Positions 9,945-20,048 of a stretch of DNA of 64,000 bases are shown one piece after another. A program made the translations under genes and the position numbers. The notes under the pieces were generated by a model. It saw nothing but the letters and a program-made list of their open reading frames with translations, made no database searches and was not told the origin of the DNA. Location: assembly GCA_050173015.1 (NCBI GenBank), contig JBFXLE010000001.1, forward strand, positions 256,001 to 320,000, written 5' to 3'. This stretch comes from Calditrichaceae bacterium. GTDB taxonomy: Bacteria; Calditrichota; Calditrichia; Calditrichales; JBFXGD01. How positions within the stretch are numbered: position 1 is the first letter of the stretch; every line of letters starts with the position of its first letter.

Positions 9945-11573
9945 ATGAAAGTATTAACAAAATCCACAGAAGATGAAATACAAAAGATTCTCAGGATTTT
10001 CAAAAGGCTTTATTCACTCAAATCAATTCGGTTTATTCCGAATGATCAGATCGCTTCCGAGGGATTTACCCAACCCGAAGTGGAATATTTGCGCGGTGAT
10101 AAAGCTCTTATTAAAAATAGCGGGAATCAACCGGTTTTCAGCCGAACTTCTTCTGACGCCGTATTTCCCCTGGTGAAGAACCCCTACCTTTACGGGCTGA
10201 TTATGGCTGAAAAAGGTGATAAATGGAATAAAATCGAGAAAGATGTCGGCGGTTTAATCACAAGATATCTGACAAGTCTTATCGACAACCAGTATTTAGT
10301 TGATGATATCAGGAAATTCTCAGGACGTATGGAACAGCTTGTCACTGAAATGAGCGCCTTACACGAAATCACACGGGCTTTTGAATCGGGACAGAATTTA
10401 CAGTCTCTTCTTGAATTCATCATGGATAAGTGTATGACTCTCATGAGCGCCGAGGCCGCTTCCCTTATGCTGATGGTCGAGGACGGAAAAGAATTGGAAT
10501 TTAAAGTCGCTTTGGGTCCGAAGGGGAAGGAAGTGAAGCCCTTCCGGTTGCAGGTGGGAAAAGGCATTGGCGGTTGGGTCGCTCAGATGAAAGAAGCCGT
10601 GTTGATCCCCGACGCATATAAGGATTCAAGGTTTGACCCTTCATTTGACAAAAAGAGCGGATTCGTCACACGCACTATTTTATGTGTTCCAATGGTTTAT
10701 CAGGAAAAGACAATCGGTGTCATGCAGATTCTGAACCGGAAAGACGGCCAACCCTTCAATGAAAATGATCTGATGCTTTTTACCATCTTCGCGACCCAGG
10801 CAGCGCTTTCCATTGAAAATGCCCGGTTGTTGATCGACGCGATTGAGAAGGAACGACTCGAAAAAGAACTTGAGGTCGCGGCGGAAATCCAGAGATTAAT
10901 CATTCCGCAGGTTCTGCCGGAGATTCCCGGATTTGAGATTGCCGCCATGAATATTCCCTGTAAACAGGTAGGCGGTGATTTTTATGACATTTACAAAATT
11001 GATGAAGACAACTATTTGATTACTATCGCGGATGTCTCCGGTAAAGGAGTACCGGGGGCGCTGGTTGTGTCAACAATGCAGGCCACACTTAAAGCTTATC
11101 TGAAATACACAAAAAATCTGGTTGAACTGACCGGTTACCTCAACGAGCTGATCATAGAACAGACAACGGACGATCGCTATATAACATTTTTTACAGGCAT
11201 TTATAATACCACATCGAAAGTGCTGCGTTATATAAACGCCGGACACAATCCACCGTATCTGCTGCGATCCGGAAATGAAATTATCGAACTCAAAGGAGGG
11301 GGCATTCCTGTCGGACTTCTGCCTTTTACCTATACCGAACAGCAAATAAAACTCATGGAAGGTGATTTTATTCTTTTCTATACAGACGGTCTTGTGGAAG
11401 CGATGAATCCACAAAAAGATGAGTTTGGTGAAGAAAGGGTGATTACTTTTTTGAAAAATAAAAACAGTTGGAAACCGCAGGAATTTATCGATGAATTAAA
11501 GAGGGAAGTCGGTGTATTCTGTTCAGGGGAAGCCCTTTTTGATGATTTCACGATTATTGCCATCAGAAAATAA
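9945..11573 (+). CDS. GAF + PP2C (SpoIIE/RsbU-type) serine phosphatase
   Basis: GAF motifs (GKGIGGWVA, DSRFD, ILCVPM) then VGGDFYD, IADVSGKG, NAGHNPP, YTDGLVEA and DDFTII. Confidence 0.92.
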   Translation: MKVLTKSTEDEIQKILRIFKRLYSLKSIRFIPNDQIASEGFTQPEVEYLRGDKALIKNSGNQPVFSRTSSDAVFPLVKNPYLYGLIMAEKGDKWNKIEKDVGGLITRYLTSLIDNQYLVDDIRKFSGRMEQLVTEMSALHEITRAFESGQNLQSLLEFIMDKCMTLMSAEAASLMLMVEDGKELEFKVALGPKGKEVKPFRLQVGKGIGGWVAQMKEAVLIPDAYKDSRFDPSFDKKSGFVTRTILCVPMVYQEKTIGVMQILNRKDGQPFNENDLMLFTIFATQAALSIENARLLIDAIEKERLEKELEVAAEIQRLIIPQVLPEIPGFEIAAMNIPCKQVGGDFYDIYKIDEDNYLITIADVSGKGVPGALVVSTMQATLKAYLKYTKNLVELTGYLNELIIEQTTDDRYITFFTGIYNTTSKVLRYINAGHNPPYLLRSGNEIIELKGGGIPVGLLPFTYTEQQIKLMEGDFILFYTDGLVEAMNPQKDEFGEERVITFLKNKNSWKPQEFIDELKREVGVFCSGEALFDDFTIIAIRK

Positions 11574-11579
11574 AAAAAA

Positions 11580-13390
11580 GAGGCTGTCCCAAAAGGGGCA
11601 GTCTTTTTTTTTCATTTCTTGCTTGATATTGCCAGAAATTTGTAAATTTTGGCATGAAAAAAAGACATCCTAAAAACATCGTATTCAAACCATACGAACA
11701 AGGACAGCGTCAGTTTTTGCCCCCCAGCTTAGATGAACTGATTCCAAATAATCATCTTGTTCGTATCGTTAATCAAGCCATCGATCGTATGAGCATTGAT
11801 TCTTTAATTGAAAGTTACAAAGGGGGCGGCACTTCAAGTTATCATCCCAAGATGCTTTTAAAAGTATTAATATACGCCTATACCCAGCGAATTTACTCAT
11901 CGCGGCGTATTGCCAAAGCACTTCGGGAGAATATTCACTTCATGTGGCTTTCCGGCGGCAACCGACCGGACTTTCGTACCATAAACCGTTTTCGTTCTTC
12001 GCGTCTTAAAGGACGGATAGAAGATGTATTTGGAGCCATCGTTGAACTTCTGGTGGAAGAGGGTCTGATCGATTTACGGGATTATTTTCTGGACGGCACC
12101 AAAATAGAAGCCAATGCCAATAAATACAGTTTTGTTTGGGGTAAAGCCACCAGGAAATTCAAAACCCGCTTACAGGGTCAGGTAAAAGAGCTCTTAAAGC
12201 AAATCGATAAAACCAATGAGCAGGAAGATGCCCGCTATGGTAATCGGGATTTGGAAGAATTGGGCGGTGATATTGAAATTGGTAGTGAACGTATGGAACA
12301 GAAGCTTCGGGAGCTTGAAGAACGTCTCAACAACAACCCTGACGAGCCTGAAGATAAAAACTTAAAAAAGGCCGTAAAGAAGTTGCGGGAAGATTATCTT
12401 CCGCGTCAGAAAAAGTATGAGCAACAGGAGCAGAAATTAGGCGGTCGCAACAGTTATTCAAAGAGCGATGAAGACGCGACCTTTATGAGAATGAAAGAAG
12501 ATCCCATGCGTAATGGTCAGCTCAAGGCCGGCTATAATGTTCAGATGGGTACAGAGCATCAGTTTATTGTGGGTTACAGCATTCATCAAAAAACCACAGA
12601 TACCAGTCTTTTAATACCCCATTTAAAGCAATTGGAACAGATGTATGGTGTGCTGCCGACACGTATCACTGCTGACGCCGGCTATGGCAGTGAAGAGAAT
12701 TATGAATATCTGGAAAGCAAAGGAATCGAAGCCTATGTTAAATATAATAATTACCATTATGAAAAAAGACGTGTCTTTAAAACGAATATCTTCCGTGTTG
12801 AGAATTTACCCTATGATCCGGTAAGTGACAGTTATGAATGTCCTGCCGGCAGACGTTTGAATTACCTTCATACAAAACAAATGAAGACACAAAATGGTTA
12901 TGGCAGCCATCGGCGGGTTTACCAGGCTGAGAGCTGCACAGGTTGTTCATTGCGCAAATTATGCCATCGAAGTAAATATAACCGCAAAATAGAAATCAGC
13001 CACCGTCTTAATGCCTATCGCAAAAAAGCACGAGATCTTTTGGATTCCAAACAAGGAAGATATCTACGTTCAAAACGTCCTGCGGAAGTGGAAGCAGTGT
13101 TTGGGCAGATAAAAAATAATCGTCATTTCCGGCGATTTTTACTACGTGGATTAGGTAACGTGAACACAGAGTTTGGGTTGATAGCGCTGGCCCATAATTT
13201 AATGAAATGGCAGACAAAGCTTCTGGCTGAAGCCGGTTGTTATGCAAAGAGTATGCTGAAAGTAAGTATTTATTGGATCAACAATATGAAGCGATTTAGA
13301 ATGCAACATAGAAAATTCAATTACGAAATAAATGAATGTATGCAACCTATTTAATATAAAGGCTGTCCCAATTGTTTTTGGGACAGCCTC
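11580..13390 (+). mobile_element. IS1182-family insertion sequence
   Basis: Perfect 15-bp terminal IRs, GAGGCTGTCCCAAAA (11580-11594) and TTTTGGGACAGCCTC (13376-13390), flank a single transposase ORF. Confidence 0.92.
11654..13354 (+). CDS. IS1182-family DDE transposase
   Basis: YHPKMLLKVLIYAY, SSRRIA, PDFRTINRFR, DGTKIEANAN, DATFMRMKED, ADAGYGSEENY and EVEAVFGQIK motifs. Confidence 0.95.
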   Translation: MKKRHPKNIVFKPYEQGQRQFLPPSLDELIPNNHLVRIVNQAIDRMSIDSLIESYKGGGTSSYHPKMLLKVLIYAYTQRIYSSRRIAKALRENIHFMWLSGGNRPDFRTINRFRSSRLKGRIEDVFGAIVELLVEEGLIDLRDYFLDGTKIEANANKYSFVWGKATRKFKTRLQGQVKELLKQIDKTNEQEDARYGNRDLEELGGDIEIGSERMEQKLRELEERLNNNPDEPEDKNLKKAVKKLREDYLPRQKKYEQQEQKLGGRNSYSKSDEDATFMRMKEDPMRNGQLKAGYNVQMGTEHQFIVGYSIHQKTTDTSLLIPHLKQLEQMYGVLPTRITADAGYGSEENYEYLESKGIEAYVKYNNYHYEKRRVFKTNIFRVENLPYDPVSDSYECPAGRRLNYLHTKQMKTQNGYGSHRRVYQAESCTGCSLRKLCHRSKYNRKIEISHRLNAYRKKARDLLDSKQGRYLRSKRPAEVEAVFGQIKNNRHFRRFLLRGLGNVNTEFGLIALAHNLMKWQTKLLAEAGCYAKSMLKVSIYWINNMKRFRMQHRKFNYEINECMQPI

Positions 13391-13395
13391 TTTTG

Positions 13396-13468
13396 TACTC
13401 CCAAGGGGATTCGAACCCCTGTCGTCGCCGTGAAAGGGCGATGTCCTAGGCCTCTAGACGATGGGAGC
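13396..13468 (-). tRNA. tRNA-Glu (TTC), CCA not encoded
   Basis: Reverse complement GCTCCCATCGTCTAGAGGCCTAGGACATCGCCC-TTTCAC-GGCGA...GTTCGAATCC...TGGGAGTA forms a cloverleaf. Confidence 0.96.
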
Positions 13469-13484
13469 GTCTTATATTTAAAAG

Positions 13485-13559
13485 GGTGGATGATGGGAGT
13501 TGAACCCACGACCCCCAGAGCCACAATCTGGTGCTCTAACCAACTGAGCTACACCCACC
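13485..13559 (-). tRNA. tRNA-His (GTG) with encoded G-1, CCA not encoded
   Basis: GGTGGGTGTAGCTCAGTTGGTTAGAGCACCAGATTGTGGCTCTGG...GTTCAACTCCCATCATCCACC. Confidence 0.96.
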
Positions 13560-13577
13560 ATTCATTTGGAGAGAATG

Positions 13578-13651
<74 letters not shown>

Positions 13652-13656
13652 AACTT

Positions 13657-13732
<76 letters not shown>

Positions 13733-13765
13733 AATGGATATTGCACTCTCAACCAAGAGTCACGC

Positions 13766-13794
13766 AATATAGAAAAATAATTTTAAAGTGTCAA
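13766..13794 (-). promoter_or_regulatory. Sigma70-type promoter of the tRNA operon
   Basis: Minus strand TTGACA-17 nt-TATATT, 33 nt upstream of tRNA-Pro. Confidence 0.8.
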
Positions 13795-13804
13795 CACTCA
13801 GCCT

Positions 13805-14401
13805 TTATAAATTCATATTTTTTATTAAAAATTCTTTTAGCCGGCCGATCGCGTTTCCTCTGTGGCTGATCCGATTTTTTTCATCCGTATTGAGTTGCGC
13901 GAATGTCTTCTGTAATTCCGGTATGTAGAACAGAGGATCGTAGCCGAATCCCTCCTCACCGGTGAGTTGGTCAAGAATAATTCCGTCCGTCGTTCCCGTA
14001 AAGAAAAACTCACTGTCTTTATCCTTATAGCAAATAGCGCAGACAAATTGCGCGATTCTGTCTTTTTCTGGGATTTGACGAATTTTTTCGATCAATAATT
14101 GGTTATTACTTTCATAGGACGCATCAGGGCCGGAGTATCGGGCGGAGTAAATTCCGGGTTCACCTTTCAGCGCTGGGACAACAAGACCGGAATCATCTGC
14201 AAAAACAGGCTTCCGGAAGTATTTAAAATATGCCCGGGCTTTGATAGCCGCGTTTTCCTGAAATGTTAAACCGTTTTCATCGACATCGGGAAAATTTTCA
14301 AAATCGCTCAGGCTTGATATGATAAGACCGTCCAGATTAAGAATTTGCCTGATTTCATGAATTTTATGCTGATTGGTGGTTCCGGCGATTAGGCTGAACA
14401 T
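13805..14401 (-). CDS. rdgB: Non-canonical purine NTP pyrophosphatase (HAM1 family)
   Basis: TTNQHKIHE, TFQENAAIKA, ADDSGL, PGIYSARY, GFGYDPLF and KNRISHRG motifs. Confidence 0.95.
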   Translation of the reverse strand: MFSLIAGTTNQHKIHEIRQILNLDGLIISSLSDFENFPDVDENGLTFQENAAIKARAYFKYFRKPVFADDSGLVVPALKGEPGIYSARYSGPDASYESNNQLLIEKIRQIPEKDRIAQFVCAICYKDKDSEFFFTGTTDGIILDQLTGEEGFGYDPLFYIPELQKTFAQLNTDEKNRISHRGNAIGRLKEFLIKNMNL

Positions 14402-14503
14402 AAATTACTTTCCGTTGAATAAATGATTAATAGAAATTGATTTGAAACACTTTAATAACGTTGATTCGGTTATATATTCTGAAAAAATAACAAAGGTTTA
14501 ATC

Positions 14504-14794
14504 ATGAGACGATTTCTATATTTTTTTATACCATTTATAATGATGATCTCTGCTGAATTATTGTATATAAATTACCGGCTCAACAATCTTATGAATGATC
14601 TGGAAATCAAACAAAATCGTATCGAACGGCAATTCCTGGCCGTGGAAAATGACGCGATAAATTTAACGGTTAAATATACCTTACTCCGCGATAGATTCAA
14701 TGATTTAAAACGGGAAAGAACGGAGCCGGTAATGGTGGATTCCAGACGGGATTCGTCAATTAGTAAGGGCATGATTATGGCAATGAATAACTAA
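14504..14794 (+). CDS. Small membrane-anchored coiled-coil protein, hypothetical
   Basis: N-terminal hydrophobic segment followed by heptad-like sequence; fills the gap between rdgB and a convergent gene. Confidence 0.55.
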   Translation: MRRFLYFFIPFIMMISAELLYINYRLNNLMNDLEIKQNRIERQFLAVENDAINLTVKYTLLRDRFNDLKRERTEPVMVDSRRDSSISKGMIMAMNN

Positions 14795-14799
14795 ATTGC

Positions 14800-15675
14800 T
14801 TAGTCGCTTGTGTAAACCTTAAAAGATCCCACACCGGTATCGACTTTGATATCCAGAATATATTCTGCGTCCTGATAATTATTGGATATGTAGACCTCAT
14901 CAATTTTTTTGGCGTTTTCCACGGAAACGCTGCTCAAAAAAGAATCATCAATCCTAATTTTGAAACCTGCTCTTTTATCAATATTTATTTTAGTTGACGC
15001 GGCGCCGACCTCAAAATACATCTCAGCATCTCGCCCGGCTTCTCCGACCACGTCAAATTCATAGTCACCGACACCGCCTTCAAATCTGAATATTTTAAAA
15101 TTGGAATTAAGAAGATTATTACAGTGCAGCTTACTTACGCCGGCTTCAATTTCAAAAGTTTCCATCACAACCGGATTCGGTTCGGAAAAATTAATATATG
15201 TACTGCTCGCGCCGCACTCGATACTAAGTTTTGAGATCTTAAGTGATCCAAGTTCGAGTTTGTTTTCCGCCGCTCCAAGTTCAATATCAAAGCGAATCGG
15301 GATTTGCGGTGAAAATTTAAGATCCCATACATTCCTTTTGATATCACTAAGGGTTTTAATTTGTGTACGGTTATCTTCCTCCTTTTTTTTGCCGCCGTCT
15401 GAAGACACCGACAACCGGCCAATGTTCTTATAAACGGAATAATCAACAGAGGGCTCATTGGTATCAAATTTCAATTTCCCGAAGAACAACTCTTCCGGAT
15501 TGCCCGGGCTGATTTTAAGAATACCCACACCGAATTCGATGTTAACTTCAATCATTTCTTCATTAGAAATATTGATTTTGCGGGTCAGTGTGCTTTTGTT
15601 GTCGCCCGCTGAAACGGATATTGTGAAGGCGATAAGGAAAAAGATGACTAATGAAATATTAAAGGGGTTCTTCAA
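14800..15675 (-). CDS. Exported DUF2154/DUF4097-like ('toast rack') envelope protein
   Basis: Signal peptide and recurring short beta repeats (EFGVGIL, ELGAAE, ECGASS, EAGVSK, EGGVGD, DTGVGS). Overlaps the sigma stop. Confidence 0.7.
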   Translation of the reverse strand: MKNPFNISLVIFFLIAFTISVSAGDNKSTLTRKINISNEEMIEVNIEFGVGILKISPGNPEELFFGKLKFDTNEPSVDYSVYKNIGRLSVSSDGGKKKEEDNRTQIKTLSDIKRNVWDLKFSPQIPIRFDIELGAAENKLELGSLKISKLSIECGASSTYINFSEPNPVVMETFEIEAGVSKLHCNNLLNSNFKIFRFEGGVGDYEFDVVGEAGRDAEMYFEVGAASTKINIDKRAGFKIRIDDSFLSSVSVENAKKIDEVYISNNYQDAEYILDIKVDTGVGSFKVYTSD

Positions 15676-16241
15676 TATAATATGTCCTTTAGCGACTTAT
15701 TCAGCATTTCTCTTGCTCTGAATATTCTTGCTTTTACCGTTCCTAGAGGCAGATTCAGCATCTCGGATATTTCTTCATAACTTTTTTCATCCTGATGTCT
15801 CAGAATGATAACTTTTTTGTATTTTTCAGGCAGATTGTCGATGGCTTGCCGTATAAGCCGGCTTTTTTCGCTGGCGAGCATTTCTTTTTCCGCGGTCGGT
15901 TCGGTATCGGCATATTCATGTTTTATTTCATCATCCTTGTACCGGATGGTTTCATCCATTGAATAGGTTCTTAGTTTACGCTTTCTAAAAAAATCAATAC
16001 AGTTATTGGTCGCTATCTTGAACAACCAGGTTGAAAAAGCGTATTCTTCATTGAAGGAGCTGATGGAATTATAGGCCTTAATAAAGGCTTCCTGGAGTAA
16101 ATCTTCAGCTTCCTGATGATTATGGACCATTCTGTAAATTATATTATAGACGGCATCTTTATATAATAAAGTCAATTCGTCATAGGCTTTACCGTCACCG
16201 TTTTTAGCGCGCTTTACTAATTCGGAATCGTCTCTCTTCAA
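15672..16241 (-). CDS. ECF sigma factor (SigW/RpoE-like)
   Basis: AEDLLQEAFIKAY, FSTWLFKIATN and SYEEISEMLNLPLGTVKARIFRAR motifs. Confidence 0.95.
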   Translation of the reverse strand: MKRDDSELVKRAKNGDGKAYDELTLLYKDAVYNIIYRMVHNHQEAEDLLQEAFIKAYNSISSFNEEYAFSTWLFKIATNNCIDFFRKRKLRTYSMDETIRYKDDEIKHEYADTEPTAEKEMLASEKSRLIRQAIDNLPEKYKKVIILRHQDEKSYEEISEMLNLPLGTVKARIFRAREMLNKSLKDILY

Positions 16242-16396
16242 AGTTGTCCTGAATTTTGGTGTCCAATAAAAATGAACCGGTCAATTACCTTGCTAATGGA
16301 TACTTAAATTATTAAAATTTAATTCAAAATAAATAATTATTTATCACACAAAAATTAAAGATTTGTTAGGTACAATGTCAAGAAAGAATTCAGGTA

Positions 16397-16819
16397 ATGG
16401 ATATGAATATACCGCCAACCCGGGCTAATATCCGGGGCATAGGAATAGACATGGAGGATAATTCCAGGATCGGAGGGATGATCTTGAAATGGGGCGAAAC
16501 TTTTACAGGCAGGGTTTTTACGGAAGATGAAATGGCCTACTGCAGCCCGAAGAATGATAAATTCGCTTCTTTCACGGCTCGTTTTGCCGCTAAGGAAGCG
16601 CTCTTCAAAGCGATTGGGACCGGACTGAGAGATGGTTATAAATGGAAAGAGGTAGAGGTTCTTAATGACCATCTCGGAAAGCCTTACTTCAGGTTTTACG
16701 GGCGTGTAAAGGAAACGATAGGTAAAGACCGGGCTTTGGTTTCGCTTTCACATACCGCTCAAAGTTCATTTGCATTTGTCATCATTGAACATTCATTCGA
16801 AGGAGGCAAAAATGATTAA
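16397..16819 (+). CDS. acpS: Holo-ACP synthase
   Basis: GIGIDM, ARFAAKEALFKAIGTG, GKPY and VSLSHT motifs. Confidence 0.94.
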   Translation: MDMNIPPTRANIRGIGIDMEDNSRIGGMILKWGETFTGRVFTEDEMAYCSPKNDKFASFTARFAAKEALFKAIGTGLRDGYKWKEVEVLNDHLGKPYFRFYGRVKETIGKDRALVSLSHTAQSSFAFVIIEHSFEGGKND

Positions 16820-18350
16820 GGTGGTATCGAATGAACAGATGCGCGATCTTGATAAACAGACAATTGAAGATCTTGGAGTACCGGGGATTGTTCTGATGGA
16901 AAACGCCGGCTATCAGACATTTTTAGTGATTAAAGATATATGCGTCGGGAAGAGAATTCATCAGGTTTTTGTCTTATGCGGAAAAGGAAATAACGGCGGC
17001 GACGGCTTTGTCATCGCGAGACATCTTTTCAAAGCGGGATTCGGGGTAAAGATCTTTACGGTGGCGACTGAAGATGATCTGAATGGCGACGCGCTGATAA
17101 ATTTCAAAATTTGTCAGAATTACAGGATTCAAATTGAAAAAATTCAGTCAGCAGATGACCTGCCTCATTTACCCGAAAACAGCATGATCGTAGACGCGCT
17201 GCTCGGAACAGGCATAAAGGGAGCGGTTTCGGGATTGTATGAGTCGATAATCGAATGGGTTAACGCCCAGGAGGTCACAATAGCGGCGGTTGACATACCA
17301 TCCGGACTAAACGGAAACTCGACAGATGTCAGTGGTAGCGCCGTAAAAGCAGATCTGACTGTAACGATGGCTTTACCCAAATACGCGCATCTATTTTATC
17401 CGGCGCGCTCATTTACGGGAGAATTACATATTGCGGATATAGGATTGCCGGAATTCCTTCAGTCGAGTGATGATATCCGTGTAAATCTGATTGAAAAAAA
17501 GGACATCATTTTACCGGAAGCGACCGCATGGCAGAATAAATACACGGCGGGCAAGGTGTTTATGCTCGCGGGATCGGCCGGGATGACGGGGGCGGCGGTC
17601 ATGTCCGCGATGGCGGCTCAGGTTACAGGGGCCGGATTAATCATCGTCGGGATAGCGAACTCCCTAAACCCAATTCTGGAAAATAAGTTAACCGAACCGT
17701 TGACCCTGCCTCTTCCTGAAGATGAACAGGGGATATTGAGTCAGAATGCCCTTCCCCTGATTTACGAAAAAATGGATTGGGCCGATGCCATTTTAATCGG
17801 ACCGGGGATGGGTAGGCATCCAAAGACAATGAAACTTATCGCGCAGGTAATTGAATACGGGATCACTCAAAACAAGAATCTGGTGATCGATGCGGACGCG
17901 CTTTACTTACTCTCAGAGAAGAAAGATATTTTAACCCGTTTGAACGCGAATCATATCCTTACTCCCCATTATGGCGAATTTCTCAGGTTGTCCGGTGATT
18001 CAACAAGCAGTCTCCGGGCGGAGCCCTGGGAGGGCCTCAGGCGATTTAACAATAAATACCATTGCACCGTTAATCTGAAGGGCGCGCCGTCCGTGGTAGG
18101 ACATAAAGATGAGGGATTGTTTATTAATTCAACCGGAAATCAGGGTCTTGCAAAAGGTGGTAGCGGTGATGTTCTGGCAGGGCTTACGGCAGGATTTTTA
18201 GCGAGAAAAGTCGAACCTTTAAACGCGGCAATCTATGCCAATTACATTTTAGGAATGGCCGGTGACACCGCAAAATACGAAATGGGGATGACCTCCTATA
18301 CGCCGGTTGATCTTATAGGGTATATTAAAATTTCGCTGAATTCTTTATAA
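16812..18350 (+). CDS. nnr: Bifunctional NAD(P)H-hydrate epimerase/dehydratase
   Basis: ATG at 16812 after AGGAGG; LMENAG, CGKGNNGGDG, DALLGTG, DIPSG, IGPGMG, LTPHYGE and KGGSGDVL motifs. Confidence 0.94.
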   Translation: MIKVVSNEQMRDLDKQTIEDLGVPGIVLMENAGYQTFLVIKDICVGKRIHQVFVLCGKGNNGGDGFVIARHLFKAGFGVKIFTVATEDDLNGDALINFKICQNYRIQIEKIQSADDLPHLPENSMIVDALLGTGIKGAVSGLYESIIEWVNAQEVTIAAVDIPSGLNGNSTDVSGSAVKADLTVTMALPKYAHLFYPARSFTGELHIADIGLPEFLQSSDDIRVNLIEKKDIILPEATAWQNKYTAGKVFMLAGSAGMTGAAVMSAMAAQVTGAGLIIVGIANSLNPILENKLTEPLTLPLPEDEQGILSQNALPLIYEKMDWADAILIGPGMGRHPKTMKLIAQVIEYGITQNKNLVIDADALYLLSEKKDILTRLNANHILTPHYGEFLRLSGDSTSSLRAEPWEGLRRFNNKYHCTVNLKGAPSVVGHKDEGLFINSTGNQGLAKGGSGDVLAGLTAGFLARKVEPLNAAIYANYILGMAGDTAKYEMGMTSYTPVDLIGYIKISLNSL

Positions 18351-18438
18351 ATCTGTCTCTTGTCGCGGAGAATCTGAGCTTCCCCTTCCGGCAAAAAGTT
18401 GAAGTATTTACAGAGATAAGAAGGCTTGTTAATTTTTG

Positions 18439-18467
18439 TTGACTTTCAGTGTAATTCTAATTATAAT
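18439..18467 (+). promoter_or_regulatory. Sigma70-type promoter upstream of lat
   Basis: TTGACT-17 nt-TATAAT. Confidence 0.75.
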
Positions 18468-18628
18468 TGTACGCAAGTTGTTAAAAATACTTGATTTATA
18501 TAAATTCAATTAACGGCATAAATATGCAGCGATTCTCAAGGCTGGTCTGAAATCGGATCAAATTCACCGTAGTGCCAATGTGGTTTTTACAGACCGCTTG
18601 AATTAAACTAAATTTTCGGAGTATTGAA

Positions 18629-19990
18629 ATGGAACGGATACTTAAAAGGCCTGATTCTATAATTGAAGCTTCCAGAGTCCATGAGATCTTGAAGAATTAT
18701 ATGCTGATCGATGGATTTGATTTTGTGGTTGATCTTGATAACAGTAAAGACAGTTATCTGGTTGATAAAACCACCGGTAAAAAGTATATCGATTTTTTTA
18801 CTTACTTCGCGTCTGCTCCGCTCGGGCATAATCCCGACGGCCTGTTGGATGAAGAGTTCCTCGAAAGATTAAAACGCGCGGCAATTAATAAACCATCGAA
18901 TTCAGATCTTTATACAACGGAAATGGCCGCCTTTGTGGAAACATTCAGCAAAGTGGTGAAGCCCGACTACATGAAGCACCTGTTTTTTGTTGACGGCGGG
19001 GCGCTGGCGGTAGAAAACGCGTTAAAAGCATCTTTTGACTGGAAAGTAAGGCTTAATAAGGAACGCGGCCTTGGGGAAGAAAAAGGATACCAGGTCATTC
19101 ATTTTAAAAGGGCGTTTCATGGACGAAGCGGATATACGCTTAGTCTGACAAATACCTTTGATCCAAACAAGATAAAATATTTCCCAAAATTCAACTGGCC
19201 CAGGATAACATCGCCTTTTCTTCAGTTCCCTGTTACGGATGAGGCGCTCAAAAATGTCATAAATCTGGAAAAACAGGCTGTCCGGGAGATCGAAGAAGCG
19301 GTTAAAAATAATCCGCATGATATAGCGGCGCTGATCATCGAACCTGTTCAGGGTGAAGGTGGTGACAATCATTTCCGGCCTGAATTTTTTAAGGAACTGC
19401 GCCGGCTGGCAGATCAGTATGAGTTTATGTTTATCGTTGACGAAGTTCAGTCAGGAATGGGTTTGACCGGTAAAATGTGGGCACATGAGTGGTACGATGT
19501 TAAACCGGATATGATCTGTTTCGGGAAAAAAACCCAGATTTGCGGATTTATGAGTACTGACCGGATTGACATGGTTACGGATAATGTATTCCGGGTCTCC
19601 AGCAGGATTAATTCCACATGGGGTGGAAATTTGACCGATATGGTCCGCAGCCAAAGATATCTGGAAGTGATCAGGGATGAGAATTTGGTCCGGAATGCTG
19701 CTGACAAGGGCGCGTATTTCAAAGGAAAACTCGATGAGCTCTCCGGCAAATTTAATGGATTGGTCACTAATGTCCGCGGCAAGGGCTTAATGCTTGCCTT
19801 CGATCTGGCCGACACGGATACCAGAAACCGGTTTATCAAGAAAGCTCAGGAAAATGGTTTGATTGTTCTGAAATGCGGCGAAAAATCGGTGCGTTTCAGG
19901 CCGGCTTTAAATGTGACAGATGATGTCATTGACGATGCGGTAACGATAGTGATCAAAACGCTTGAGCAGATTTTCGTCGTTCTAAATTAG
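18629..19990 (+). CDS. lat: L-lysine 6-transaminase (class III aminotransferase)
   Basis: NKPSNSDLYT, GGALAVENALKASFDWK, AFHGRSGYTLSLTNT, DEVQSG, FGKKTQ and SRINSTWGGNL motifs. Confidence 0.92.
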   Translation: MERILKRPDSIIEASRVHEILKNYMLIDGFDFVVDLDNSKDSYLVDKTTGKKYIDFFTYFASAPLGHNPDGLLDEEFLERLKRAAINKPSNSDLYTTEMAAFVETFSKVVKPDYMKHLFFVDGGALAVENALKASFDWKVRLNKERGLGEEKGYQVIHFKRAFHGRSGYTLSLTNTFDPNKIKYFPKFNWPRITSPFLQFPVTDEALKNVINLEKQAVREIEEAVKNNPHDIAALIIEPVQGEGGDNHFRPEFFKELRRLADQYEFMFIVDEVQSGMGLTGKMWAHEWYDVKPDMICFGKKTQICGFMSTDRIDMVTDNVFRVSSRINSTWGGNLTDMVRSQRYLEVIRDENLVRNAADKGAYFKGKLDELSGKFNGLVTNVRGKGLMLAFDLADTDTRNRFIKKAQENGLIVLKCGEKSVRFRPALNVTDDVIDDAVTIVIKTLEQIFVVLN

Positions 19991-20007
19991 CAGATTTATT
20001 ATTTAAT

Positions 20008-20048
20008 AATAGCCTTGTTGATCATGTTTTCAACAAGGCTATTTTTTT
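20008..20048 (+). terminator. Rho-independent terminator after lat
   Basis: AATAGCCTTGTTGA...TCAACAAGGCTATT-TTTTT. Confidence 0.85.

Noticed and set aside
18468-18628. Lysine riboswitch upstream of lat
   Set aside because: It lacks the recognisable L-box conserved segments. Kept only as an unnamed structured-leader candidate.
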